A stretch of DNA of 64,000 nucleotides from Steroidobacteraceae bacterium (GTDB lineage: Bacteria > Pseudomonadota > Gammaproteobacteria > Steroidobacterales > Steroidobacteraceae), in the NCBI GenBank assembly GCA_035552895.1, contig DATNEU010000066.1, positions 491 to 64,490 of the forward strand, given 5' to 3'. Positions within the stretch are counted from its first letter, which is position 1. Every line of letters begins with the position of its first letter. Below are positions 26,378 to 38,187 of this stretch, one piece after another. The notes under the pieces were generated by a model. It was not told the origin of the DNA. It did no database searches and saw only the letters and a program-made list of their open reading frames with translations. The translations under genes were made by a program, and so were the position numbers.

Positions 26378-27243
26378 GGTTGATGCTGCAGTTCCTGCTT
26401 CCAGCGCTGGAACTCATCATACACCCGGCGCCACAGGGGGCCAGGCCGGCCGGCGCCCACGGCCTCGCCATCGAGCGTCGTCACGGGCTGTACCTCGCGC
26501 GTCGCGGCGGAGATCCAGATCTCGCCGGCGCCGCGCAGCTGCGATTCGCTGACGGCTGCGGCCCGGAACGGCACCCCCGTGCGCGCGGCAAGCTCCTCGA
26601 TCACGCTCCGTGTCGTTCCCGGAAGGATCCTGCGTGAGTTCGGTGGCGTGCGCAGCTCCCCGTCGACGACCACGTGCACGGTCGAGGCGGAGGCTTCCAT
26701 CAGCTCCCCATTGCGCAACAGGATCGTTTCTCCGGCATTGGCATCCACCGCGAGCTGGCGCAGCAACACGTTGGCGAGCAGCGCCACCGATTTGATGTCG
26801 CAGCGTGCCCAGCGAGTGTCCTCCGCGGTGACACAGGAGACCCCCTTCTCCAACACCGCGGGCGCGGCGACCGGCAGCGGGGCGCAGAACGCGAACACCG
26901 TGCGCGTGATGTCGGGCAGCGGGGCGTGATTGCGTCCCCGCTCCGCGCCCCGGGTCACCTGCCAGTAGATGTACTGATCGCCGCCGCCGTTGCGCGCGAT
27001 GAGCGTCGCAAAGATCTCGCACCATTGCGCCCGGCTGTAGGGATCGCCCATGCGGATCTCGCCGAGGCTGCGGGTGAGGCGCGCGCAGTGTTCCTGCAAC
27101 CGGAATGGCCGGCCGCCATAGACCGGCATCACCTCATAAACACCGTCGCCATAGAGAAACCCGCGGTCGAGGGGCGAGATGCGCGCCTCCCCGAGCGGCA
27201 GGTACTCGCCATTGAGATAACACGTGGGAAGGGGATCAGCCAT
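26368..27243 (-). CDS. dat: D-amino-acid transaminase (class IV aminotransferase)
   Basis: LNGEYLPLGEARISPLDRGFLYGDGVYEVMPVYGG matches the DAAT N-terminus. 291 aa. Confidence 0.8.
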   Translation of the reverse strand: MADPLPTCYLNGEYLPLGEARISPLDRGFLYGDGVYEVMPVYGGRPFRLQEHCARLTRSLGEIRMGDPYSRAQWCEIFATLIARNGGGDQYIYWQVTRGAERGRNHAPLPDITRTVFAFCAPLPVAAPAVLEKGVSCVTAEDTRWARCDIKSVALLANVLLRQLAVDANAGETILLRNGELMEASASTVHVVVDGELRTPPNSRRILPGTTRSVIEELAARTGVPFRAAAVSESQLRGAGEIWISAATREVQPVTTLDGEAVGAGRPGPLWRRVYDEFQRWKQELQHQPWR

Positions 27244-27252
27244 CAGGAAAGC

Positions 27253-28440
27253 CTAATGAAACCAGAGGCGCATGCCGTCGATGGCGCGGGTCAGCATGCC
27301 CCCCGCGGGGACGGCCTCCAGGGTCACCAGCGGCTCGCGTCCGACCACCTGGCCGTTGCCGTCGCTCACCGTGAGCTCACCGACCACCGTCCCCGCCGCG
27401 AGCGGTGCGATCAGCCGCGTCTGGGTCAGGCCGGCGCTCGTCGTGATGCTCGCGGCTTTGCCACGAGGAACCGTGACGTAGAGCGTCCGGGAGGCGCCGA
27501 CTGCCGCATAACCGGATGCGGACTCATAGACGCGCGGCTTCAGCAGCGCGGCGCCCGCCGTCACCACCTTCTGCGTCTGGAAGAAATTGAAGCCATAGTT
27601 GAGCAGCGCTTCGCTGTCGGCCTCGCGCGAGTGCCACTTCGGCGCATCGAGCACCACGGAGACCAGGCGCATGCCGTGGCGCTCGGCCGAGGCGATGAGG
27701 CAGTAGCCGGCATCCTCCGTATGGCCGGTCTTCAGGCCATCCACCGACGGATCGGACCACAGCAGCCCGTTGCGATTGGGCTGCTTGATGCGGTTCCAGG
27801 TGAAGTCCTTGATCTTGAAGATGTAGTAGTACTGCGGGAAGTCCCGGATCAGCGCGACGGTGAGCGTCGCCAGGTCACGCGCCGTGGTGTAGTGGGTGGG
27901 CTGCGGCATGCCGTCGACGTCATCGTAGTGCGTCGACTTCAACCCCAGGCGCTGGGCATACGTGTTCATCATCTGGACGAAGCCGCCCTGCGTCCCGCCC
28001 ACCTTCTCGGCGAGCGCCACCGTTGCATCGTTACCGGACTGCACCAACATGCCTTTGATGAGATCGAGCACCGGCACCTCGCTGCCGACGTTCACGAACA
28101 TCCGCGAGCCGCCGGTCCGCCACGCGGCCTTGCTGATGGTCACGGGCGCATCGAGTGTCAGGCGACCCTCCTTCAGCGCGGCGAAGACGACGTAGGCCGT
28201 CATGAGCTTCGTGAGGCTCGCCATCGGCAGGTGCTCGTCGGCGTTCTTCTGCGCGAGCACCTGTCCGGTCTGATAGTCGACCAGGATGTACGATCCGGCA
28301 TCCAGCGCGGGAGCCGACGGCAGGGGCATATCCGCCGCCGGCGGCGAGGGCGGCGGTGGGGTCGTGGCGGAGGCCTGGGCGCAGACCCCAAGAAGCGCGA
28401 ATGCGGTGGCCGTGAGCAATGGAGCGGCGGAGCGGGACAT
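27253..28440 (-). CDS. dacA: D-alanyl-D-alanine carboxypeptidase (PBP5/6 class)
   Basis: Signal peptide. SxxK (ASLTKLMT), SxN (QSGND) and KTG (LKTGHT). Start at ATG 28440. Confidence 0.88.
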   Translation of the reverse strand: MSRSAAPLLTATAFALLGVCAQASATTPPPPSPPAADMPLPSAPALDAGSYILVDYQTGQVLAQKNADEHLPMASLTKLMTAYVVFAALKEGRLTLDAPVTISKAAWRTGGSRMFVNVGSEVPVLDLIKGMLVQSGNDATVALAEKVGGTQGGFVQMMNTYAQRLGLKSTHYDDVDGMPQPTHYTTARDLATLTVALIRDFPQYYYIFKIKDFTWNRIKQPNRNGLLWSDPSVDGLKTGHTEDAGYCLIASAERHGMRLVSVVLDAPKWHSREADSEALLNYGFNFFQTQKVVTAGAALLKPRVYESASGYAAVGASRTLYVTVPRGKAASITTSAGLTQTRLIAPLAAGTVVGELTVSDGNGQVVGREPLVTLEAVPAGGMLTRAIDGMRLWFH

Positions 28441-28519
28441 CCTCAGAAACCCTCTTGAGTGGCTGGAGCGGGCGGACCGATTGTACGATCCTGCGCGCGA
28501 GTTGAAGTTCGATCGTCCA

Positions 28520-29341
28520 TCATGGCTCGACCAGCCGAGCGCCCGGATAGCCCAAAGCGGCGAGCCGCGCGACCAGACGGTCGAATTCCGGCACGCCATT
28601 CACAGGCCCGAGACGTACGCGGTATAGATGACTGCGCGTCGCTGGCGGGCCGAACACGAACGCGCCCGCGAGTCCCGCAGAGTGCAATCGCGCGACCACA
28701 TGATCCGCGTGGCTGCGGATCGCGTACGCCCCCACCTGCACATAAAGCAGCGGGGGCGGGCTCTCCGATGCGCGGGTGAGCAGGGCGGGATTGCCCGGCG
28801 TGATGGCTCGCACCTCGACCAGCGCGGTCCCGGTGCCGAGCATGCCGAGCTTGGCCGCGGCGACGTACGACAGGTCGATCAGCCGGTTCGCCACGAAGGG
28901 ACCGCGGTCGTTGACCTTCACGACGACGCTGCGGCCATTGCGCAGGTTCGTCACGCGTACGTAGCACGGCAGGGGCAGTGTCTTGTGGGCCGCGGTCATC
29001 CCGTACATGTCATAGAGGTCACCGTCGGCGGTCCGCATGCCGTTGAAGGTCGGGCCGTACCAGGAGGCGACGCCCGTGGCCACGTAACCGTCGGCCGTTG
29101 CGAGTACGTAATACCGCTTGTCGTCGACCTTGTAGAAGAGAGGGTTGCCGTGCAGGGATCGGGGCACGAAGCGCGGTACGGCGTTGGGGATCGCATTGAA
29201 ATCGCGCGGCAGCGGCGGCAGGCTGACGTTGGGCGGCGGCTCCCGATGCCGGGTGGTTGCGCAGCCCGCGAGCAGTGCGGCCAGGGACATCGGCAGGACG
29301 AGGCCCCACCAAGCCGGCCTGGCCGTATAGGCAGCGGTCAC
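28520..29341 (-). CDS. rlpA: septal ring lytic transglycosylase RlpA (DPBB + SPOR)
   Basis: Lipobox LLAGC, DPBB core TAAHKTLPLPCYVRVTNLRNGRSVVVKVNDRGPF and a C-terminal SPOR-like domain. GTG start. Confidence 0.85.
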   Translation of the reverse strand: MTAAYTARPAWWGLVLPMSLAALLAGCATTRHREPPPNVSLPPLPRDFNAIPNAVPRFVPRSLHGNPLFYKVDDKRYYVLATADGYVATGVASWYGPTFNGMRTADGDLYDMYGMTAAHKTLPLPCYVRVTNLRNGRSVVVKVNDRGPFVANRLIDLSYVAAAKLGMLGTGTALVEVRAITPGNPALLTRASESPPPLLYVQVGAYAIRSHADHVVARLHSAGLAGAFVFGPPATRSHLYRVRLGPVNGVPEFDRLVARLAALGYPGARLVEP

Positions 29342-29350
29342 GCGCCGCGC

Positions 29351-30442
29351 TCAACGAGCGGATCGCGCGATGCGATCCGCATTGCCGGCCGATCTGGCGG
29401 GGGGCGTCGGGACGGACGTTGGGGCCGGCGGGGTGAGCTGCAGCGCGATGGCCTGCGCCAGCTCCTCGACCGCCATCGCGTAGAGGGCGCTGTGGTTGTA
29501 GCGGGTGAGGGCGTGAAAGTTGTTGAACCCGACGCGATAGCTCGGACCGTCCTGTTGCTGCGCGAGGAGCAGCACCACGGGGGTATTGCCAGGGGCGTCG
29601 GTTTCGACCCGTACTCCCTGCTCGTTGAGCCCATCGATGGTCTCATCCAGGGCGAGATTGTCCGGGTCGACGTGGAACGTGGCGCCCGGGTCGATCCTGA
29701 CGTCGGCCACCACCAGGCCCCCCGGCTGCCACCCGCAATCGCGCAGGTAACGGGCGATGCTGGCGAAGATATCGTTCCAATCGGAGAAGAGGTCGCTCGT
29801 CCCGTCGGAGTTGCCGTCGACGCCGTAACGCAGGTAGGCCGACGGCATGAACTGCAGCGGTCCCATCGCGCCCGCGTAGGAGCCCTTGACGGTGAGGGGA
29901 TCGAGCTTCTCCCGCTGGGCGAGCACCAGGAACTGCTCGAGCTCGCGACTGAAGTAGCGGCTGCGCGCCGGATAGTCGAAGGCGAGCGTCGCAAGCGCAT
30001 CGAGCACGCGATAGGAGCCCGTGATACGGCCGTAGTACGTCTCGGCGCCGAGGATGGCGACGATGTACTGCGGCGGGACCCCCTGCTCGGCGCTCACCCG
30101 CTCGAGCGCATCGCGATGCTCCCGCCAGAAGTCGACGCCGGCGAGGACGCGCTTGTCGTTGAGAAAGATCTGCCGGTATTGCCACCATTCGAGCACCCGC
30201 TCCGCGGGACGGCTCATGGCGTCGATGATCCGCGGCTGCGCGCGCGCCTGGAGGAGCACTTTGAGGACCGCTCTGCGCCGCAGGCCGTCGCGCTGCGCCA
30301 CCTGGGCGGCGAACTGCTGTAGCTGCGCGCGCGGAAACGGCACGCCGGACTGCGGCTCCGCCGCCGCGGCGAGCGCGCCAGCGCAGCCGAGCGCGGCGCC
30401 GGCGAGGGCGAGAAGCGCGAGTGTTGGAAGAGAGCGAGACAC
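29351..30442 (-). CDS. mltB: lytic murein transglycosylase B
   Basis: Signal peptide. GAETYYG, GSYAGAMGPLQFMPS and DGNSDG are typical of MltB/Slt35. GTG start. Confidence 0.85.
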   Translation of the reverse strand: MSRSLPTLALLALAGAALGCAGALAAAAEPQSGVPFPRAQLQQFAAQVAQRDGLRRRAVLKVLLQARAQPRIIDAMSRPAERVLEWWQYRQIFLNDKRVLAGVDFWREHRDALERVSAEQGVPPQYIVAILGAETYYGRITGSYRVLDALATLAFDYPARSRYFSRELEQFLVLAQREKLDPLTVKGSYAGAMGPLQFMPSAYLRYGVDGNSDGTSDLFSDWNDIFASIARYLRDCGWQPGGLVVADVRIDPGATFHVDPDNLALDETIDGLNEQGVRVETDAPGNTPVVLLLAQQQDGPSYRVGFNNFHALTRYNHSALYAMAVEELAQAIALQLTPPAPTSVPTPPARSAGNADRIARSAR

Positions 30443-31582
30443 CTAAGAGCCCATGAGCTTCCGGTGGGCGTGGAGCGACATCAGAATACCGAAGCCTGCG
30501 AGCACGGTCACCACCGAGCTTCCCCCATAGCTGACGAGCGGCAGCGGGACGCCGACGACCGGAAGGAGGCCGGTGACCATCCCGGCATTGATGAAGACGT
30601 ACACGAAGAAAATCAGGGCGAGGCTGCCGGCGAGCAGGCGCGAGAAAGTGTCGGGCGTCTGCACCGCAAGATACAGCGAGCGGCCGATGACGAAGGCATA
30701 GAGCAGCAGGAGCACGGCGAGCCCGAGGAGGCCGAACTCCTCACCGATGACCGCGAAGATGAAATCGGTGGTGCGCTCCGGCAGGAAGTCGAGCTGCGCC
30801 TGGCTGCCGTTCATCCATCCCTTGCCGAATACCCCTCCCGAGCCGATCGCGATCTGCGACTGGATGATGTGGTAGCCGGCACCCAGGGGATCGGACTGCG
30901 GATTGAGGAAGGTGAGCAGCCGCTGGCGCTGATAGCCGTGCATGAATCGCAGTCCGAACCAGGCGGCGGCGACCCCGATGAGCAGCATGCCGACGATGAC
31001 GCGCACCCTGAGGCCTGCGAGGAACACGACCAGTGCGCCGCCCGCGGCGATCAGCGCCGCGGTGCCGAGGTCCGGCTCCTTCGCCACCAGAGCCGCCGGC
31101 GCTACGATGATGAGGCCGAGGAGGAGCAGGTTGGGCCAGCGGGGAGGCAGGGGGCGCTCGTGCAGATACCAGGCGCACATCATGGGCACGGCGATCTTCA
31201 TGAGCTCCGAGGGCTGGAAGCGGATGGGACCCAGGCTGAGCCAGCGCTGCGCTCCGAGCCGCGTGTGTCCGGCGGCCGCGACGGCCAGGAGGAGGATGAC
31301 GCCGATGGCGTACAGCCACGGTGAGGTCCGCCGCAGGAAGTTCGGATTGACGCGCGCCAGGGCGAGCATGGCCGCCGTGCCCAACACCAGCCGCATGACC
31401 GTGCGCAGCACCATCGGCAGGTTTTCCGCCGAGGCGCTGTAGAGCACCACGAGCCCGTAGGCCGCGGTGAAGGCGAGGCCGATCACGAGCGGCCCGTCCA
31501 TTCTGAGGGCCGAGAGCACCCGCGCCGCGCCGGTGAGGGTGCGGCGGGCACGCGATTCCGAGCTGACTTCTTCGTAGATCAT
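30443..31582 (-). CDS. mrdB: peptidoglycan glycosyltransferase RodA (SEDS)
   Basis: Ten-TM SEDS protein (SELMKIAVP, PDLGTA, TDFIFAVIGEEFG, GVPLPLVSYGGSS). Downstream of mrdA. ATG 31582. Confidence 0.9.
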   Translation of the reverse strand: MIYEEVSSESRARRTLTGAARVLSALRMDGPLVIGLAFTAAYGLVVLYSASAENLPMVLRTVMRLVLGTAAMLALARVNPNFLRRTSPWLYAIGVILLLAVAAAGHTRLGAQRWLSLGPIRFQPSELMKIAVPMMCAWYLHERPLPPRWPNLLLLGLIIVAPAALVAKEPDLGTAALIAAGGALVVFLAGLRVRVIVGMLLIGVAAAWFGLRFMHGYQRQRLLTFLNPQSDPLGAGYHIIQSQIAIGSGGVFGKGWMNGSQAQLDFLPERTTDFIFAVIGEEFGLLGLAVLLLLYAFVIGRSLYLAVQTPDTFSRLLAGSLALIFFVYVFINAGMVTGLLPVVGVPLPLVSYGGSSVVTVLAGFGILMSLHAHRKLMGS

Positions 31583-31600
31583 GCGCAATGGATCATGCGG

Positions 31601-33664
31601 CTACTGGGCGGGGGGGATGCCCGCACGGACGGGGCGACTGCGGTAGGCCACCTGTTGGGTGGGCGCGGGCGGCGCGGGAGGCGGCAGAGACGGGAGGGAA
31701 GGCTCCACTTTCGGTTTCAGGCCGGTGGGCTCCGAGTACGGGCCGTGCGGCGCGGCGGGCAGGAGCTTGCCGTCGGGTCCGAGGAGATAGGCGTCCATCA
31801 CTTTGCGCGCCACCGGGGCGGCGCCCGTGGATCCCCAGCCCGCATGCTCCACGATGACCGCGATCGCGATGCGCGGCGCCTCGGCCGGCGCGAAGGCGAT
31901 GAACCAGGCGTTGTCGCGGTACTGCTCCTTGATCTTCTTGAGCTGGTCGTCGGTGTAATTGCCGGTGACGGACTCCCGTACGACCTGATCGGTGCCGGTC
32001 TTACCCGCGACGGTGTAGGGAGTCCCGCGCATCACCGCCCACGCGGTGCCCTCGAGCGGCGGCCCATACGTGGTCGCGCCGATCATGCCATGGATGACGC
32101 GCTTCCACGAATCGGCGCTGACATTCGACAGATCGCCCTCGTACACGGGAGGGAGCCAGTCGATCTTGCCGGATTCCGGGTCCCGCACCCCGGTCACCAC
32201 CCGCGGCCGCCAGATGTGTCCGCGCGTCGCCAGAATGCCGGCATAGTGGGCGAGCTGCAGCGGGGTGACGAGGAAGTAGCCCTGACCGATGCCGAGATTG
32301 ACCGTCTCGCCCGGGAACCACACTTTGTTGGCGGGATTGGAGAAATGCGCTTCCTTCCAGGCGCGCGAGGGCACGAGCCCCGGCTTCTCGCCGCCGATGT
32401 CGATCCCGGTCGGCCGGCCGAAGCCGAGGAGCGGCAGCCAGGCGGAGATGCGGTCGATGCCCATCTCATGGGCGACACCGTAGAAATAGACGTCGCAGGA
32501 GCGCGCAATCGCCATGTCGAGGCTCAAAGAGCCGTGATGCTCGTGATTCGCGTCGTGCCAGATGTGCCGGGCGCCGGGCAGATGATAGTACCCGGGGCAG
32601 AAGATCGGCTTGTCAGGATCGAGCACGCCGTCGGTGAGCGCGCCGAGCGCCAGGCCCGGCTTGATGGTCGAGCCCGAGGAGTACTCCCCGCGCAGCGCCC
32701 GATCGTAGAGCGGCCGGTTGGGATCGCCCTCGAGGTCCGCATACTCCTTCTCCGTGATCCCGCGGGCGAAGAGGTTGGGATCGAACCCGGGGGAGCTCAC
32801 GAGCGCGATGACGTCGCCGCTGTTAGGGTCGAGCGCCACCACCGCCCCCTCGCGGCCGGCGAGCGCCGCCTCCGCGACCTTCTGCACCTTGAGATCGAGC
32901 GAGAGGATGATGTCGGCGCCGGGTGTGGGCGCCTTCATCTCCAGGTCCTTGGCGAAAACCCCGGGCTTCTGCACCGGCCGGCCCTGCGCATCCACCAGGG
33001 TCTGGCGGAAACCGTTGGTGCCGTGCAGCTCCTTCTCGAAGGTGGCCTCCACACCCGTCTTGCCGATGACCGCGGTGCCGGCGTAGGCCGCGCGATCGAT
33101 ATGCGCCAGGTCATTCTCGCTGATCGTACCGACATAGCCCATCGCGTCGACGGCGAGCGAGCCTTGCGGATACCAGCGCGCCTCCCGGGGCTTGATGTCG
33201 ATGCCGGGAAACTCGAACTGGCGCACGGCGAACCGCGCCACTTCCTCGTCGGAGAGATGCAGGAGGATCGGTACGCTGTCGAAGCTGCGCCGCGACTTGA
33301 TGGTGCGGATCAGCTCGGGGATGTCATCGGACTGCAGGAGACCGAGCCTCACCAGACGATGGAGCGATCCTCTGAGGTTCGGCACCTCATCGGGAATCAG
33401 CTCGAGCTGGAAGGTCGGCTGGTTGGAGGCGATCACTTCGCCATAGCGATCCATGATGAGGCCGCGCGCCGCCGGGATGGGATCGGTGCGCACCCGGTTT
33501 TCCTGCGAAAGCGTCGAGTAGTAGTCGTGCCGCTCCACCTGCAGCAGGTAGAGGCGCCCGAGGAGCGCGATCGCGAGCAGTCCCATCGCCGCGCCCGCGA
33601 AGATCGCGCGGCGGTCGAAGATCCTTTGCTCTCGCCAGGAGTCCTTGATGCGGACGGGTGACAT
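31601..33664 (-). CDS. mrdA: penicillin-binding protein 2 (elongasome transpeptidase)
   Basis: N-terminal anchor, SxxK (SGSTIKP) and KTG (GKTGTDQ). Synteny mreBCD-mrdA-rodA. Confidence 0.92.
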   Translation of the reverse strand: MSPVRIKDSWREQRIFDRRAIFAGAAMGLLAIALLGRLYLLQVERHDYYSTLSQENRVRTDPIPAARGLIMDRYGEVIASNQPTFQLELIPDEVPNLRGSLHRLVRLGLLQSDDIPELIRTIKSRRSFDSVPILLHLSDEEVARFAVRQFEFPGIDIKPREARWYPQGSLAVDAMGYVGTISENDLAHIDRAAYAGTAVIGKTGVEATFEKELHGTNGFRQTLVDAQGRPVQKPGVFAKDLEMKAPTPGADIILSLDLKVQKVAEAALAGREGAVVALDPNSGDVIALVSSPGFDPNLFARGITEKEYADLEGDPNRPLYDRALRGEYSSGSTIKPGLALGALTDGVLDPDKPIFCPGYYHLPGARHIWHDANHEHHGSLSLDMAIARSCDVYFYGVAHEMGIDRISAWLPLLGFGRPTGIDIGGEKPGLVPSRAWKEAHFSNPANKVWFPGETVNLGIGQGYFLVTPLQLAHYAGILATRGHIWRPRVVTGVRDPESGKIDWLPPVYEGDLSNVSADSWKRVIHGMIGATTYGPPLEGTAWAVMRGTPYTVAGKTGTDQVVRESVTGNYTDDQLKKIKEQYRDNAWFIAFAPAEAPRIAIAVIVEHAGWGSTGAAPVARKVMDAYLLGPDGKLLPAAPHGPYSEPTGLKPKVEPSLPSLPPPAPPAPTQQVAYRSRPVRAGIPPAQ

Positions 33665-33693
33665 TGATCAGCACCGCCTCGGGAGCTAAGCGC

Positions 33694-34170
33694 TCATGTG
33701 CTCGCACGATAGCTGCGTGCCAGGACGGCGGCCGCCGCGGGCCAGATCAATGCGCCGGTGGCCGTCGGTAGCCAACGCAGCGGCGTCGTCAACGCGTGGC
33801 CGGTCCAGCCGTCGATGGCGAAGAGCACGAACTCGTACACGGCGAGCGCCGCGAACACGATCAGCGACTGCTGAAAGATCGGCTTCGAGCGGATTCGCTG
33901 GTGCTCGCGCACGCCGAGGTAGGCGAGCAGCGCCAGGGCGAGCGCATGCTCCCCGAGCACCGGCCCCTCGAAGGCATCGAGCAGCAGGCCGCAGAAAAAG
34001 CCGAGAGCGATACCGCCGGCTCGCGGCGCCGCAATCGACCAGTAGAGCACCGTGAGAGCGAGGAACCCGGGCCGGATGATCTCCAGCCACGAGGGCAACG
34101 GCAGCAGCGTCAGAATGAGCGCGCCGACCACGGTCTTCAGCATCGCGATGCGCGGGCTGGAGGCGCTCAT
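33694..34170 (-). CDS. mreD: rod shape-determining protein MreD
   Basis: 158-aa polytopic membrane protein immediately after mreC (ATGA overlap). Confidence 0.8.
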   Translation of the reverse strand: MSASSPRIAMLKTVVGALILTLLPLPSWLEIIRPGFLALTVLYWSIAAPRAGGIALGFFCGLLLDAFEGPVLGEHALALALLAYLGVREHQRIRSKPIFQQSLIVFAALAVYEFVLFAIDGWTGHALTTPLRWLPTATGALIWPAAAAVLARSYRAST

Positions 34171-35207
34171 GTGTGGGACCGTGCCGCCTGTTTCGGCTTC
34201 GGTGTGGCGGCTCTTTTCGACGCAGCTACGGAAGGTTTTGCCGCCGCGGGCGGTGCCTGCGTCTGCTTCTGCGCCGGCTTCACCGGCACGGGCAGCGGCT
34301 GGATGTGGCGGTCGCCGGTCAGCAGCTCTCCATGGCGCTCCTTCAGCGGCGCGGCCGGGCTGTCATGACGGAACCAGATCAGCATCACTTCGGTATCGGT
34401 ATCGAGGTGCGCGAACGGCGCGGCGCGCACGTGGGCCAGCGGTTGCACCGCGTCCTTGTGCACCTCCGCGATGCGCGCGACCGGATAGCCTGCCGGGAAT
34501 ACCCCACCGAGACCCGAGGTGACGAGGACATCGCCGACGCGGATGTCGGCGTTGGCGGGCAGGTAGGGCAGTGCGAGCGAGGTCGCATCGCCCGCCCCGA
34601 CGGCAATGGTCCTCAGCCCCGTGCGCTCGATCTGCACGGGCAGCGCATGCTCCGGATCGGTGATGAGGATGACCTCGGCGCTCCAGGGACCCACGTGGAT
34701 CGTCTGACCGACGACGCCGCCGTCGTCCAGCACGGCCTGACCCGGGGTGACTCCGTTCACGGAGCCGCGATCGAGGAGCACCCGCTGGCGCAGGCTGTCG
34801 AGTTGAATGTTGACGATATCGGCGGGCAGCCACCGCTCTGCGACGGGAGGCAGTGAATTGCGCAGGCCGATCAGGGCGGCGTTTTCCCGCGCCAGCGCGT
34901 CATAGCGCATGGACCGCAATTCCAGGTCGCGCAGACGGGTGCGCAGCCGCTGATTCTCCCCCTCGAGCGAATCGCGGTTGGCGAAGCTCTTCTGCACCCA
35001 GCGCCATCCCGCCACCGGCGAGCTGACGGCGACCTGCACGGGATAAGTCGCCGCCTGCATGGCCGAGTGCGCCCGCTCCAGCCAGTCGAAGCGCTGGTCG
35101 AGCACCATGATGGCGACCGCGACGAGCGCGTAGAGCGTGAAGCGGAAGCCGGGCGAGCCTCCGCGCCCCTGCAGCGCCCTACCCGACCCTGTCGCGAAGC
35201 CCGACAC
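34167..35207 (-). CDS. mreC: rod shape-determining protein MreC
   Basis: TM anchor, a coiled-coil segment (ENQRLRTRLRDLEL), beta-rich domains (GDVLVTSGLGGVFPAGYPVA) and a Pro/Ala-rich tail. Start set to GTG 35207 so that it does not overlap mreB; the start is uncertain. Confidence 0.85.
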   Translation of the reverse strand: MSGFATGSGRALQGRGGSPGFRFTLYALVAVAIMVLDQRFDWLERAHSAMQAATYPVQVAVSSPVAGWRWVQKSFANRDSLEGENQRLRTRLRDLELRSMRYDALARENAALIGLRNSLPPVAERWLPADIVNIQLDSLRQRVLLDRGSVNGVTPGQAVLDDGGVVGQTIHVGPWSAEVILITDPEHALPVQIERTGLRTIAVGAGDATSLALPYLPANADIRVGDVLVTSGLGGVFPAGYPVARIAEVHKDAVQPLAHVRAAPFAHLDTDTEVMLIWFRHDSPAAPLKERHGELLTGDRHIQPLPVPVKPAQKQTQAPPAAAKPSVAASKRAATPKPKQAARSHT

Positions 35208-35229
35208 TAACCTTTGAGCGCTCCCGCCG

Positions 35230-36384
<1,155 letters not shown>

Positions 36385-36402
36385 TCATTCGCCTTTCCGC
36401 CT

Positions 36403-36693
36403 ATGTCCCTCACGCGCGCACAGATCGAAAGCATCGCCCACCTGGCCCGCCTCGAGCTCGAGCCGGCCGAGATTCCCGTTTATCAGGACAGCCTGTCGCG
36501 AATCATCGACTTGGTCGGCCAGCTCGACCGCGCCGACACGGCGGCGGTCGCCCCGATGGCCCACCCGCTGCCCGGGCTCACGCAGCGGCTGCGGCCGGAT
36601 GAGGTCACGGAAGAGGATCGCCACGAGTGCTACCAGGCGTCCGCGCCGCAGGTCGCCGCGGGCCTGTACCTCGTTCCCAAGGTCATTGAATGA
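36403..36693 (+). CDS. gatC: Asp/Glu-tRNA(Asn/Gln) amidotransferase subunit C
   Basis: MSLTRAQIESIAHLARLELEP is a typical GatC N-terminus. 96 aa. Confidence 0.9.
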   Translation: MSLTRAQIESIAHLARLELEPAEIPVYQDSLSRIIDLVGQLDRADTAAVAPMAHPLPGLTQRLRPDEVTEEDRHECYQASAPQVAAGLYLVPKVIE

Positions 36694-36729
36694 ATAGCCG
36701 GGAGCACCGAGCAATGGGCGTTTTTTGAC

Positions 36730-38187
36730 GTGATTCACAGGAATTCGCTTACGCAGCTCGCCGCGGGCCTGCGCGCCGGGAAATTCTCGAGCGTGGAGCT
36801 CGTGCGCGAATATCTCGCGCGCATCGAGGCCAGCCAGCCGTCGCTCAACGCCTTCATCTCCATCACGGGCGCCGAAGCCCTCGCGGCAGCCGCTGCCGCG
36901 GATCGCGAGATCGCCGCCGGCCGCGGCGGGCCGCTCGCCGGCGTGCCGATCGGCCACAAGGATCTCTTCTGCACGGCCGGGGTGCGCACCACCTGCGGCT
37001 CGCGCATGCTCGGCAATTTCGTGTCGCCGTATGACGCCACCGTGGTCGCCAAGCTCAAGGCCGCCGGTGCCATCACGCTGGGCAAGCTCAACATGGACGA
37101 GTTCGCCATGGGGTCCTCGAACGAGACCAGCTACTACGGCCCGGTCAGGAATCCGTGGAACACCGATCTCGTGCCCGGGGGCTCCTCCGGCGGGTCCGCT
37201 GCCGCCGTGGCGGCCCGGCTGGTCCCGGCGGCGACCGCGACCGACACCGGCGGCTCGATCCGCCAGCCCGCCGCGCTCTGCGGCATCACCGGCATCAAGC
37301 CGACCTACGGGCGCGTCTCCCGCTTTGGGATGATCGCCTTCGCCTCGAGCCTCGATCAGGGCGGCGTGCTCGCCACCAGCGCGCAGGACGCCGCTCTGGT
37401 GCTGCGCGAGATGGCCGGCTTCGACCCGAAAGACTCGACCAGCGTCGATGTGCCGGTGCCGGATTACGGGGCGGCCCTCGATGCGCCGCTCGCCGGTGTG
37501 AAGGTCGGGCTCATCCGGGAGTTCATCGACGAGGGACTCGACCGCGAGAACGAGCGCCGGATTCGCGAGGCGCTCGTCGTGCTGGAGCGGCTGGGAGCGA
37601 CCCTGCGCGAGGTCAGTCTGCCCAATCTGCCGCTGTCGGTCCCGGCCTACTACGTGGTCGCGCCGGCGGAATGCTCATCGAACCTCGCACGCTATGACGG
37701 CGTGCGCTTCGGTCACCGCTGCAAGGACCCGCGCGACCTGCAGGATCTCTATCGCCGCTCGCGCGGCGAGGGCTTCGGCGCCGAGGTCAAGCGCCGCATC
37801 ATGACGGGGACGTACGTGCTCTCCGCGGGCTACTACGATGCCTACTACCTCAAAGCGCAACGCGTGCGGCAGCTGATCGCCGCCGACTTCAAGCGTGTCT
37901 TCGGCGAGGTGGATGTGCTCGTGGGACCGACCAGCCCGACCGCCGCCTTTCCCATCGGTGCCAAGACCGATGATCCGATCACCATGTATCTCAACGACAT
38001 CTACACCATCGGCGCCAACCTCGCGGGGCTGCCCGCGATGTCGGTTCCGTGCGGCTTCGTCGGCGGGCTGCCGGTCGGCCTGCAGATCGTGGGCCCGCAC
38101 TTCGCCGAGGGCCGCATCCTCAACGTGGCGCATCGCTACCAGCTCGAGACGGACTGGCACCTGAAGGCGCCGGAGCGATTCGCGTGA
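36730..38187 (+). CDS. gatA: Asp/Glu-tRNA amidotransferase subunit A
   Basis: Amidase signature [12 protein letters not shown] and [15 protein letters not shown] start. Confidence 0.95.
   Translation: MIHRNSLTQLAAGLRAGKFSSVELVREYLARIEASQPSLNAFISITGAEALAAAAAADREIAAGRGGPLAGVPIGHKDLFCTAGVRTTCGSRMLGNFVSPYDATVVAKLKAAGAITLGKLNMDEFAMGSSNETSYYGPVRNPWNTDLVPGGSSGGSAAAVAARLVPAATATDTGGSIRQPAALCGITGIKPTYGRVSRFGMIAFASSLDQGGVLATSAQDAALVLREMAGFDPKDSTSVDVPVPDYGAALDAPLAGVKVGLIREFIDEGLDRENERRIREALVVLERLGATLREVSLPNLPLSVPAYYVVAPAECSSNLARYDGVRFGHRCKDPRDLQDLYRRSRGEGFGAEVKRRIMTGTYVLSAGYYDAYYLKAQRVRQLIAADFKRVFGEVDVLVGPTSPTAAFPIGAKTDDPITMYLNDIYTIGANLAGLPAMSVPCGFVGGLPVGLQIVGPHFAEGRILNVAHRYQLETDWHLKAPERFA

Noticed and set aside
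31595-33661. A 688-aa plus-strand ORF that mirrors mrdA almost end to end. Similar giants occur at 59286-61799 (837 aa), 53219-54958 (579 aa), 26674-28458, 28628-30322, 20451-22271, 9610-10971, 46609-48081 and 45158-46291.
   Set aside because: All lie antisense to genes with clear family motifs. They are Arg/Ala/Gly/Pro-rich with no recognisable domains. They are the expected stop-codon-poor shadow frames of high-GC coding DNA.
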